DNA from: a virus
Lineage: Duplodnaviria; Heunggongvirae; Uroviricota; Caudoviricetes
Reading direction: 5' to 3' (one strand)
DNA: 36,778 nt
Virus record (IMG/VR): IMGVR_UViG_3300033156_001223
Location: 105,842-142,619 of that record
In this document: in pieces, positions 26,763-35,292 of the stretch
How the letters are laid out: every line of letters starts with the position of its first letter
Position numbering within the stretch: position 1 is the stretch's first letter
The notes under the pieces: model-generated
Databases searched by the model: none
What the model was told of the DNA's origin: nothing
Seen by the model: only the letters and a program-made list of their open reading frames with translations
Position numbers and translations under genes: made by a program

Positions 26763-26925
26763 GGGGAGAGCCGCCCAGAGTTACGCTCCTCCACCCCGTG
26801 CTGGGAGCGACCCAGCTCGAAGGGGCTTCGGAGTCTATCCCTGAGTACCGAGGGGATCTCACACAATCTTCCCCTATTTCGTGTAAGATCCGGCCGACCC
26901 TCGGCGGTTAACTTACCACGGCTCC
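26763..26925 (-). ncRNA. Unidentified GC-rich structured RNA (stand-alone ncRNA or riboswitch-like leader)
   Basis: GC-rich island in AT-rich DNA; closing stem GGAGCCG/CGGCTCT; nested stems CCGAGGG/CCCTCGG and GATCTTACAC/GTGTGAGATC; hairpins CGAAG/CTTCG and CTGGG/CCCAG; upstream TGtTATAAA; downstream terminator. Confidence 0.7.
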
Positions 26926-26957
26926 ATATATTTATAACATAATTCTAATAAAGAATT

Positions 26958-27437
26958 TCAGAAAGTATAACCAACTTTCGTAGCACTACGGCATATCATC
27001 TCAAGTAGCTTACGCTGTGGGTTTGGTAAGCCACAAAGGCAGGAAGGCAGGTAATGTTTGTGAGATCGGTTAGTTTTGATAGCAAAATATTTCTGGAAAT
27101 TAGTATCCTCCATCCTTACTCCCACTACTCGACAAAATTCCTCAAACTTCTCCGGGTAGCTACTAATATCTTCAATACGAAACCAAGCCTCACAAGTCTT
27201 AAGAGCTTTGCTTACTAAAAATTCCACCCAATCATAGCCATAGGAGGGTAAGTTTGGATGTAACTGGGAAGTAGTTGCATATAAAGGAGTGCCATAAAGA
27301 GAATTAATTGTTCGATAGGGATGCCGAACAACCAACACCCCAATAGGATTGCTACCAGGTTCCAATATTCGGCATGGTATTTGGGTAAGCACTTTGGTTA
27401 GCCAACTTGCTCCCCCTTTTGGTAAACACCAAAGCAT
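26958..27437 (-). CDS. Sulfotransferase-like P-loop protein (compact)
   Basis: PKGGASWL resembles the 5'-PSB loop; VVRHP..INS resembles 3'-PB; RIEDI. Confidence 0.5.
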   Translation of the reverse strand: MLWCLPKGGASWLTKVLTQIPCRILEPGSNPIGVLVVRHPYRTINSLYGTPLYATTSQLHPNLPSYGYDWVEFLVSKALKTCEAWFRIEDISSYPEKFEEFCRVVGVRMEDTNFQKYFAIKTNRSHKHYLPSCLCGLPNPQRKLLEMICRSATKVGYTF

Positions 27438-27441
27438 TTAG

Positions 27442-27747
27442 TTACTCCTCTTTATGTTTTGACCAATTAAACTCCTGCCTTGGTTTCGTTAAATCGTACA
27501 CTTTACAAGAAATTGAGTCGAGTACATCAGAATAACTCTCTGTTATGTGAGATAAATCCAACTCGAATTTATCTGCATTATACGGCCAGATCGTCTCGCA
27601 GACCCAATGGCTGTTATCATAGCATCTAAAAACTCGGCCGAAAATTTCTGACATCTTTGTCAATACTCGTGCTTGCTTATCTAGATCTTTAGAATCTTCT
27701 GGTGGAGAGAATATAATACTACAGCGTACAAATACTTCTTGTGCCAT
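27442..27747 (-). CDS. Hypothetical protein, paralog family B
   Basis: EVFVRCSIIF..P.DSKDL..CKVYDL, shared with 27769..28077. Confidence 0.6.
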   Translation of the reverse strand: MAQEVFVRCSIIFSPPEDSKDLDKQARVLTKMSEIFGRVFRCYDNSHWVCETIWPYNADKFELDLSHITESYSDVLDSISCKVYDLTKPRQEFNWSKHKEE

Positions 27748-27768
27748 AATAACCCTCCTTTTCTATTT

Positions 27769-28077
27769 CTAATCAGCTGACCAGTCATACACCCAATCTG
27801 GGACGACAAGGTCATACATACGACATTTCACAAATCTTAACACATCATTATAATTCTCAACCAAACTTTCAATCGACCTTTTTAATTGGGTTCTATCTCT
27901 TTTCACAAGCGCCTTTAGTTCCCAGCAATACTCAATTTCATGAATTGCAGAATCATTAAACAACTCTTCCAATGCCTTCAAGAACTCTACTTGTGACTCC
28001 AAATCATTAGAATCTTTTGGCAATTGGAATTCTATTATACAATGAACAAAAATTTCCTCACTCTTTCCTTTACTCAT
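27769..28077 (-). CDS. Hypothetical protein, paralog family B
   Basis: EIFVHCIIEF..P.DSNDL..CRMYDL. Confidence 0.6.
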   Translation of the reverse strand: MSKGKSEEIFVHCIIEFQLPKDSNDLESQVEFLKALEELFNDSAIHEIEYCWELKALVKRDRTQLKRSIESLVENYNDVLRFVKCRMYDLVVPDWVYDWSAD

Positions 28078-28399
28078 TATTTACTCCTTTGCTCTGACAT
28101 TTCCGCAACTCTTCCAAAGCTCTTTCTATTTCCTCTCTACCTATTAACAGGAACTCCTTTAAATCACCATTGGCATAATACATGGCTAGCATCTTTCCTT
28201 CTTTCATCGTAAGAATATTTAACACTTCCAATAAACCAATTTCACAGTGGCCACTCATTTCCCATAAACTTCTTAAGCAAGGATCAGTAACAACCTCCTC
28301 CTTACATGGTAGGTGGTACTCAATGAGATTTTCGATTGCTTCCTTATCCTTTGCTAGTAGCTCATTCATAGTCATACAAATCAATTCCGATATAGCCAT
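28070..28399 (-). CDS. Hypothetical protein
   Basis: SD GAGGGGGG; operon context. Confidence 0.55.
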   Translation of the reverse strand: MAISELICMTMNELLAKDKEAIENLIEYHLPCKEEVVTDPCLRSLWEMSGHCEIGLLEVLNILTMKEGKMLAMYYANGDLKEFLLIGREEIERALEELRKCQSKGVNNE

Positions 28400-28429
28400 T
28401 GTTCACACCCCCCTCTTTTTAATTACCTA

Positions 28430-29167
28430 CTACATCAATTCCGGATAATATCTAAGTAACAAATCGTTACAAATAGACTGAAACATTTGCTGTTGCTCGG
28501 AGGATAGTTCGGGTAGTTGATATTTAGCCTGGTTAACCTTCCTATGGGCTATGGTAGACCAGAGATGTTTACTTAAATCGATTCCAAGAATATCCTTAAC
28601 AGCTTGATTAGCAATACAATAATCAGAAACTAAGTCCTCTAAGCGATATGTTTCTAAAGCGAGGTTACTAAGCATATCATTTACCATCTTCCACCACCAA
28701 CATAATTTCTCGTATCTTGATAAACTTCTCCAACCTGGTATCTGTAATCCATATAGCTCTGGGGTGGGATGATGTATCAAAGACTCCCCTCTGAATACTT
28801 GTCTAGGTAAACATGATCTAATAACTTTTAGCCCATGTCGAATAAGATGATATACTTTGAATGGAGGATTGTATCCAAATAGAAAATATTGGCCAAAACT
28901 TGACACTTCTATAACAATATCACTAGACGACCATTTCCGCAACAGAGTAAGTTTTTCTTCCCAATAGTCAGTATTTTGAATTTCGTCTAAAATCCTTTTC
29001 TCCAAATAGGAAAAATCTAACTTTGGAAATGACACTGGTCCATAAGCACTTAATTCATGATATACCTCAACATTCGATGGGCAGCACAATTGCAGAAGAG
29101 TGGCTAGCCATTTAGTACCACTCCTACCACAACCAGTTACTAAAATATAATCCTTCATAGAGTTCAC
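28430..29167 (-). CDS. Sulfotransferase-family protein
   Basis: ILVTGCGRSGTKWL (5'-PSB), HE, HLIRHG..IRS (3'-PB), RLEDL. Confidence 0.8.
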   Translation of the reverse strand: MNSMKDYILVTGCGRSGTKWLATLLQLCCPSNVEVYHELSAYGPVSFPKLDFSYLEKRILDEIQNTDYWEEKLTLLRKWSSSDIVIEVSSFGQYFLFGYNPPFKVYHLIRHGLKVIRSCLPRQVFRGESLIHHPTPELYGLQIPGWRSLSRYEKLCWWWKMVNDMLSNLALETYRLEDLVSDYCIANQAVKDILGIDLSKHLWSTIAHRKVNQAKYQLPELSSEQQQMFQSICNDLLLRYYPELM

Positions 29168-30069
29168 ACGTCAATTCTTCGTAATATTCGATCCCATTCT
29201 TGAGAAGTAACAGAATGTCGATGATAATCATAGCAATATCTAAATAATTTAGGCCACAGTTGTTCTACCTTGGGTAGAACTCTCGAAATTACCGAAATCC
29301 ATTCTCCATTTTTTACAACTAATTCTGGAAATTTCCTAGCAAGTTTAGCATATTCCCCAGCTTTAATCTCAGAGAATATAGGTACTACTCCAGAAACGAC
29401 ATACTCCAAGAACTTAAGAACCGTTTTTGCATAATTAAACGGATGATCCTGTAATGGTATCAAACCTACTTTAAATTGCCTGAGGGCTGTTAGATATTGC
29501 GAATACGGTCTACTATTGTGCACGCCAAGCAATCGGGACTTTCCAAGAACTTGCACAGAATAAGCCTTCTGCAGCCTCCCCCAACAGCGCCACAAACCGG
29601 AATCTCTGATGTCATGATCATGAGCATAAAATCCCACGCTCAAAACTACACCATTTTTATTTCCTTTGTTGCTGGATAATACGTCCGGTCGAAACACTCC
29701 ATCTGGTAAAGATACTGTCAGTGCATCTACATCTACTCCCATTGCCAATGATAGCCAAGTAGCGAGATAAGGAGTAGAGGCAACCACTCTAATAGACTGA
29801 TATAACCAGTAGGTCATATCCTGAAGTTGTTGGAGAGAGCAAGGATGATATCCCTGAGGAAGTTTCCAGAGTAGGTCATCTATGAAATATATTATAGGTT
29901 TGGGAAATTTGGTTATGGGGTGCCAACGATTCAACAACAACAAATCAGCACTTCGAGGTGACCTACTCCTTCTACAGCCAGATAAGAACAACTTATACCA
30001 TATCGTCGAGTAGGCTGAATCTCCTTTAACATAGTCTACAATAAAAATCTTTTTCATTTCTTTGGCCAT
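29164..30069 (-). CDS. Glycosyltransferase, GT-B fold (GT4-like)
   Basis: YFIDDLLW, GLIPLQDHPFNYAKTVLKFLEY..SGVVPIFS. Confidence 0.8.
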   Translation of the reverse strand: MAKEMKKIFIVDYVKGDSAYSTIWYKLFLSGCRRSRSPRSADLLLLNRWHPITKFPKPIIYFIDDLLWKLPQGYHPCSLQQLQDMTYWLYQSIRVVASTPYLATWLSLAMGVDVDALTVSLPDGVFRPDVLSSNKGNKNGVVLSVGFYAHDHDIRDSGLWRCWGRLQKAYSVQVLGKSRLLGVHNSRPYSQYLTALRQFKVGLIPLQDHPFNYAKTVLKFLEYVVSGVVPIFSEIKAGEYAKLARKFPELVVKNGEWISVISRVLPKVEQLWPKLFRYCYDYHRHSVTSQEWDRILRRIDV

Positions 30070-30770
30070 GCTTCTAGAAATCTTTTATGATTGTCCTTTA
30101 TCTGCTCATATCTTCTGGTTGGGCTTTTACTTTGATAATGAATAACATTCGTCCTTACATTATGATTTACTATCCATCCTCCCACTAACCCCGCTTTCTG
30201 GAGTGCAGCCGAAAAGACTGGGTCAGTGCCATAACCACATTTCAAAGGTACTCTTGGAATCCGTTTGCATAGCTCCACATTACTCATCCTAAAGCAGCCT
30301 GGTAGGGACGTACTCTTATATAGTTTGAATTGTGAGTTTTGGAATATGCGCTCTCCATCAAACAAATCTGTGCCTCTTGAGGGAGACCACACATAAGAGC
30401 ACATAGCCCCCTTTTTCCCTGTTAGGATGTGTAAACAAACTAAACCTTTTAATAAATTTTCAACATGGATGGGCTTTGCTAAAATATCAAAATCAATTTC
30501 CAGCAGAAAAGGCGTATGGCATTCATATATTTCTTGCTGCCAATAATACCATTTACCATTATTAGGCCCAGATTCGTAGTGTAACTCCCTAGCAGCAAGC
30601 ATATCACAAATTTGCTTATACTGTTGGCATTCCTGAACTACTATTAACCGCAAATCAAAAAAACCGCACTCTATAAGGGTGGTAAGCAAGCCCTTTTGTA
30701 AATCATCTAATCTAGCTTTAGAGTCAATATGAATAACAGATAGACACGTAATCTGTGGGAAATATTTCAT
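30054..30770 (-). CDS. Glycosyltransferase-like, GT-A fold (GT2-like)
   Basis: FLLEIDFDI (DxD), LPGCF, YG.DP, VIHY. Confidence 0.6.
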   Translation of the reverse strand: MKYFPQITCLSVIHIDSKARLDDLQKGLLTTLIECGFFDLRLIVVQECQQYKQICDMLAARELHYESGPNNGKWYYWQQEIYECHTPFLLEIDFDILAKPIHVENLLKGLVCLHILTGKKGAMCSYVWSPSRGTDLFDGERIFQNSQFKLYKSTSLPGCFRMSNVELCKRIPRVPLKCGYGTDPVFSAALQKAGLVGGWIVNHNVRTNVIHYQSKSPTRRYEQIKDNHKRFLEAWPKK

Positions 30771-31537
30771 AAATTTCCTCCTGAATAACAGGGAACAGCT
30801 TTTGCAACCCCAAATTGTCTTCCAAGAATACCCCCACGATGCCAGCGTTTATCACCCAAAACCTCAGAAGGAACATATATTTGGGATATCCTACTCAGCT
30901 TCATAACAAAATCGGCATCTGGAGTGGTCCAATTAGCTTCACTCCAATAGGGCCTCTTTCTACTTATCAAAATACTCAGTTGATGTGATATCCCGTTATG
31001 ATCCACATTTCCTAATCGCATCGTGCCCCTCTTCCAAATCCCAGATCTTTGGGGAACAACTGCACCTACCGCACTATGAAATATTCTCCAATCTGGTGCT
31101 TGAACAAATCGCAATTTTGCTACTACTACTTTGTATTTCTGCAAGTGCTTTGCTAACACTTCTAGTTGATTAGGGTATTTATAATCGTCACAAGTACTAT
31201 ATACTACATATTTGCAAAGACTTCTATCCACTAAATCATATAATACCAAATTTATATTCTCAGTCCAGCTTACCCTCCGTCTATGCCCCCAAGTTATATC
31301 TTTTCTGAAGATTGGAACAATGCGAGTATCTTCAATAGCATGTTTCATAATCACTTTTTTAGTAAATGGATTGAGGCGATCACTGTTGTCATCTACAATA
31401 TATAAAGCCCAATTCTGGTAGGTCTGGTTTCTAATTGACCAAATTGCCTCATCTAGTAGAAAATCTCTGGCAAAACTAGTCATAATTATGGCGAATTCAG
31501 CTTTGTGAGCACTCTCTGGTATCATTACTTTACTCAC
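30767..31537 (-). CDS. Glycosyltransferase family 2
   Basis: AIIMTSF.R..L.EAI.SI.NQTYQNW.LYIVDDNS; YSTCDD. Confidence 0.88.
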   Translation of the reverse strand: MSKVMIPESAHKAEFAIIMTSFARDFLLDEAIWSIRNQTYQNWALYIVDDNSDRLNPFTKKVIMKHAIEDTRIVPIFRKDITWGHRRRVSWTENINLVLYDLVDRSLCKYVVYSTCDDYKYPNQLEVLAKHLQKYKVVVAKLRFVQAPDWRIFHSAVGAVVPQRSGIWKRGTMRLGNVDHNGISHQLSILISRKRPYWSEANWTTPDADFVMKLSRISQIYVPSEVLGDKRWHRGGILGRQFGVAKAVPCYSGGNL

Positions 31538-32447
31538 ATATCTTAATTAATTGGTGCTTTCCTAACGACCAACAAGAATTAAAAGAAAATCTGCAATTAT
31601 TTTCTGCCGTTTTTAAGATTAGTGATCTGATTAGCTTGAACACAGACCTAGGATTTATATTCATACACATATTCTCCTTACAAGCCCACCGAGGCGTGTA
31701 TTGGCATGGTTGGCATGGAAGATCTTTGAATAATATTACTGCTCCATTCCATGGTGCATTTTTCCTTATCGAAGTAGGCCCCCAAAGAACAATCGGCACC
31801 AATCCAATAGCTGAAGAAAGATGGGCAAGCCCACAATCGACAGTAATCAACAGAGATGTCCTAAATAATGTATCCAAAATACTAACTAAGTCTTTCCTTC
31901 TCCAATCAATAGTTCCAGGAATATAATTGTCAGAAGTATGACCAACAGTTACTACTTCTCCTATCTTTTTAAGTTGAGAAGCTAGCTCAGACCAACACTC
32001 CAGACGCCAAAACTTGTTTCTCCACATTCTATTTTTTGGTTTTCCAGGAGCTAATCCAAAAATTAGGTGATCTAATTTATGATAATCTATATCAAGACTT
32101 AATCTAATCGGATTATTAACTGGATCACCAGAAACTTCAAATTTAGGTCGTAGTAAGCTAAAATTGGCCTGTACCTCATGCATCTGAAAGGCATCTTTCT
32201 TACTGCGGTCGATAAAATGAGAAATATCTCCTCCAAGCGACTCATAAACATCCAATCCAGAGTAGGATTCTCCAAACTGTATATTCGGATAATTTATACT
32301 AAAAATTATCTTTTGCTTCTCACAACAGACTATATTTATTCCGTCATAATATTGGAAAAGAAAGTCTAATACTGGAAGGCAATTTATTGCATTTCCTATA
32401 CCATCATATAGCACTCGATAAATACATCTTTTCCCCTTCATTTCCAA
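31530..32447 (-). CDS. Glycosyltransferase family 9 (heptosyltransferase-like)
   Basis: DGIGNAINCLP, NKFWRLECW, LITVDCGLAHLSSA.G..PIVLWGPT. Confidence 0.85.
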   Translation of the reverse strand: MEMKGKRCIYRVLYDGIGNAINCLPVLDFLFQYYDGINIVCCEKQKIIFSINYPNIQFGESYSGLDVYESLGGDISHFIDRSKKDAFQMHEVQANFSLLRPKFEVSGDPVNNPIRLSLDIDYHKLDHLIFGLAPGKPKNRMWRNKFWRLECWSELASQLKKIGEVVTVGHTSDNYIPGTIDWRRKDLVSILDTLFRTSLLITVDCGLAHLSSAIGLVPIVLWGPTSIRKNAPWNGAVILFKDLPCQPCQYTPRWACKENMCMNINPRSVFKLIRSLILKTAENNCRFSFNSCWSLGKHQLIKICE

Positions 32448-33124
32448 TAAAGAATGTTGTCGAATAGAGGTAGGGAGGAAAGCACTAATTTCGAAAATCC
32501 GTGTTCGATTAATATGTCATCGACTCGTTCTTTGTAAGGATTCCAAACCTCTAACATAAACCCCACAATATTGCCAGAAGAAATTGTGTTACTCGCTCCT
32601 TTCAACATATCTAGCTCGTACCCCTCAATATCAGCCCAGATAAACAATTTTTTCGCTTCTAATCTTAATAAATCTACTAAATAATCTACAGTTGTAACAT
32701 AAAAAAAGCCTTCACCTAAATAAGTATCCCCATCAGCCAAATTTTGGTTTTTCCCATGCAATGAATACCCACTATATGTATCTGCTGTATGGACTTTTCC
32801 CTCCTGTGAGCCTAAGCCCCAATTAAAAAGAATGCCTGGGTAGGAAGCAAGTTTTAAAAATAGATGTCGAATTGGATGAGGCTCTAAACCAATGATGGAT
32901 ATATTAGGAATCACACGCTTTAAGACCCAAGCCTCAGAGCCGGGATGACCGGGGCCAGCATCAATAAAAACGTCAAAAGATTCTACAACGTCGAGTATTT
33001 TTCTGATTGGCTTATCAAATCTTCTCCAATAATGAGTAGGGTTATAGAAATTCCACTTGTAGGTTTTGAACCATAAATCATTCAATTTAGGATGGTTATC
33101 CATTCTAACTCTTAAATATTCCAT
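32438..33124 (-). CDS. FkbM-family SAM-dependent methyltransferase
   Basis: FIDAG...G, IGLEP, TTVD, IWADIEGYELDMLKGA, LEV. Confidence 0.85.
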   Translation of the reverse strand: MEYLRVRMDNHPKLNDLWFKTYKWNFYNPTHYWRRFDKPIRKILDVVESFDVFIDAGPGHPGSEAWVLKRVIPNISIIGLEPHPIRHLFLKLASYPGILFNWGLGSQEGKVHTADTYSGYSLHGKNQNLADGDTYLGEGFFYVTTVDYLVDLLRLEAKKLFIWADIEGYELDMLKGASNTISSGNIVGFMLEVWNPYKERVDDILIEHGFSKLVLSSLPLFDNILYWK

Positions 33125-33181
33125 TTACAATAACTGACTTACCTACCATCTCCTCACATGATAAATCACTCGGACGCGATA

Positions 33182-33400
33182 TCACTCCTCATCTATATTA
33201 GGAAAAGAAAACACCATATCAGCCAATTTATTATAGCAGTCCCCACACAATATCATCTCTAAAGTATGGGAGACACTCGAGGAGAATTCAGTATCTGTCT
33301 CTTGCCATAATATATTTACTTTAGCATGACCATATCTACTCTTTTCATCAATTGAGCAACCACACCTGGCACACTTTCTAATCTCTTTTCCTTTTGCCAT
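33182..33400 (-). CDS. Small Zn-finger protein
   Basis: CARC..LCGDC; SD GGAGGG. Confidence 0.55.
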   Translation of the reverse strand: MAKGKEIRKCARCGCSIDEKSRYGHAKVNILWQETDTEFSSSVSHTLEMILCGDCYNKLADMVFSFPNIDEE

Positions 33401-33429
33401 TTCAACCCTCCTTAGTAGTCATAAAGTGT

Positions 33430-33972
33430 CTACTCACATATATATCTAGATAACTCCTCCTCTATAATTCTAATAGCATTTTTCTTTAATCTTAATCTCA
33501 GCTCAATCCCCAAATCATCTATAGGTATTCTCGACCAACATTTTGGGCACATGAGTGAAGACATACATATATAGCCTCCTTTTCTTCCCTTAAAATCTTT
33601 AGATATACCTATCGTCTCAATTACTGATCCTCTTAAGAATATGAGGGAAATCTCATCCAACTTCAAAACTTCTCCGCACTCGTGGCATCTAATATTTCCT
33701 TCCTCATCAACCATTTCTTTCTCCAACTTCTCTCTCAGAACACTAATATCATCTTCAACATAACCTATAACTTCTTCCAAGTTCTCTATATCAATACCAT
33801 CAGACAAATATTTCTCACAATTTGGGCATTGTAAATTAATTGATAGGTGTGGGGGATAGAAGTCTTGCATAAGATTATCTATTTTACCATCTGTGAATTG
33901 ACTGAAACACGTTACTACCGTAACATCATTTATTTCAAATTCTACGTGACATTTTGGGCACCTATATTTCAT
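33430..33972 (-). CDS. Double Zn-ribbon protein, paralog family C
   Basis: YRCPKC..F.I.DV..CPNC followed by CHEC..CPKC. Confidence 0.65.
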   Translation of the reverse strand: MKYRCPKCHVEFEINDVTVVTCFSQFTDGKIDNLMQDFYPPHLSINLQCPNCEKYLSDGIDIENLEEVIGYVEDDISVLREKLEKEMVDEEGNIRCHECGEVLKLDEISLIFLRGSVIETIGISKDFKGRKGGYICMSSLMCPKCWSRIPIDDLGIELRLRLKKNAIRIIEEELSRYICE

Positions 33973-34012
33973 AGCAAATATCCCTCCTCGCGATTTAATG
34001 TGTCTCCAGATG

Positions 34013-34348
34013 CTAGAGTTGTCTCAACGTATCAAAAGTCTTCTGTAAAGCTTTTTCTATCTCCTTAAATATTACCTGCTCGGCTGTCTCAAAATTGTCA
34101 AGCACACACCCTCGATTCGCTGTTATTACGGCAACTTTATTATCCATTATCCCAAAAGATGGACATGTTGCTTTCAACATTTGAGAAAATAAAGATGATA
34201 GAAAAGAATCGCTAGTAATTGCTTCTGGGAAGATTAAATAGAAAGCCATATAGGCTCTTTCTCGATGCCAGTATCCTCGGAAATTAAATGATCGAGTATC
34301 AACAGTAATTGTATAATCAACTATCTTATGGCAATTAGCCCTTGTCAT
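34013..34348 (-). CDS. Hypothetical protein
   Basis: ATGA coupling; resembles the C-terminal repeat of 35285..36205. Confidence 0.55.
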   Translation of the reverse strand: MTRANCHKIVDYTITVDTRSFNFRGYWHRERAYMAFYLIFPEAITSDSFLSSLFSQMLKATCPSFGIMDNKVAVITANRGCVLDNFETAEQVIFKEIEKALQKTFDTLRQL

Positions 34349-34683
34349 GCCAATGAGTAACCATCTACCTGAGCTTTACTACCAACCCCAGTGAGTCTGT
34401 CAATCCAAGAAATCACATTCTCGCACTCTTCAATAACACCTTCCACATCATACTTAGCGAAACCCCCCAAATCAGCAAAATCTTTACACTCTCTAGAATC
34501 AAAAGGATAGAATATTCCTATCTCTGTAATTCTCTTGTCAATACCCTCTCGCTGCCTAGGATAAGGAAGGTGTAGATATCGAAATAGCCATTTTGAGTAG
34601 TTAATAAGCTTCTCATCCAACTTCACACTTACCATAATACCAGTCTGAGACCCTTGCATATGCGGAGTAACTCTTATTTCCAT
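34345..34683 (-). CDS. Hypothetical protein
   Basis: MEI..TP...G...GI.V.V.LDE resembles the N-terminus of 35285..36205. Confidence 0.6.
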   Translation of the reverse strand: MEIRVTPHMQGSQTGIMVSVKLDEKLINYSKWLFRYLHLPYPRQREGIDKRITEIGIFYPFDSRECKDFADLGGFAKYDVEGVIEECENVISWIDRLTGVGSKAQVDGYSLA

Positions 34684-34701
34684 TTTTCCTCCTCCTCATG
34701 G

Positions 34702-34986
34702 TTAAGAGTTATTATTTGTAGAGAGTTTTTCCAATAGTTTCTGGAGCAACTTATTAATAGCTTCCTGACTGATATTAATGTTCTGTGGTAAATTTCCCAA
34801 ACTTACTTCATCCTCAAGTAGTGGTTCATTACAATTAGGACAAGCCAAAATTGCCAAGCATTCTACTGGATATACTTCCTGGATAGGCTTTTGTAAATTG
34901 CCCCAAAAAGGGAGCAGAAATCCTCCCCGTAACTCAACATCCTTAATTTCAAAATCTTCCCCACATTGTGGACACTTATACTTCAT
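34702..34986 (-). CDS. Zn-ribbon protein, paralog family C
   Basis: YKCPQC..F.IKDV..L.CPNC.E.LL.DE. Confidence 0.65.
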   Translation of the reverse strand: MKYKCPQCGEDFEIKDVELRGGFLLPFWGNLQKPIQEVYPVECLAILACPNCNEPLLEDEVSLGNLPQNINISQEAINKLLQKLLEKLSTNNNS

Positions 34987-34998
34987 TACTGTTCCCCC

Positions 34999-35292
34999 TT
35001 AACCAATAATTCCGCAATTCTTCCCACTGATAAACTTTTCTAGTAGCTTCTGTTGGAGAGCATCTACAGCATCCTGCCCCACACTAAAACTTTCAGAAAC
35101 ATCATCCATATCTATCTCTTCATCTAATACCTTTTCACCACAATTAGGACATATAAGAGTTATGAAGCACCAAACTGGTTGGGTTTGCTCGACAGGTTTT
35201 GACAGTCCACCTACAAACTGAAGTACAAAGGCTCCTTCTAATTTAACCACATCACTTGTTACTCTCTTTTTACATCTTGGACATTCAAGCAT
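34999..35292 (-). CDS. Zn-ribbon protein, paralog family C
   Basis: CPRC..L.G.F.L.F.G.L.KP..L.CPNC.EK.LDEE..LQQKLLEK, close to 34702..34986. Confidence 0.65.
   Translation of the reverse strand: MLECPRCKKRVTSDVVKLEGAFVLQFVGGLSKPVEQTQPVWCFITLICPNCGEKVLDEEIDMDDVSESFSVGQDAVDALQQKLLEKFISGKNCGIIG

Noticed and set aside
26820-26890. Cobalamin riboswitch resemblance (AGGGGAA..GTG..ATCC)
   Set aside because: No P4 pairing and none of the downstream conserved blocks (CCCGCAACTGT, GCCACTG, AGYCAG)
26767-26925. Group II intron domain V, hammerhead, T-box or tmRNA identity for the GC-rich RNA
   Set aside because: GAGCCG..CGGCTC are about 150 nt apart rather than a ~34-nt DV; no CTGATGA/GAAA core, no T-box GGTGGTACC, no tmRNA ends
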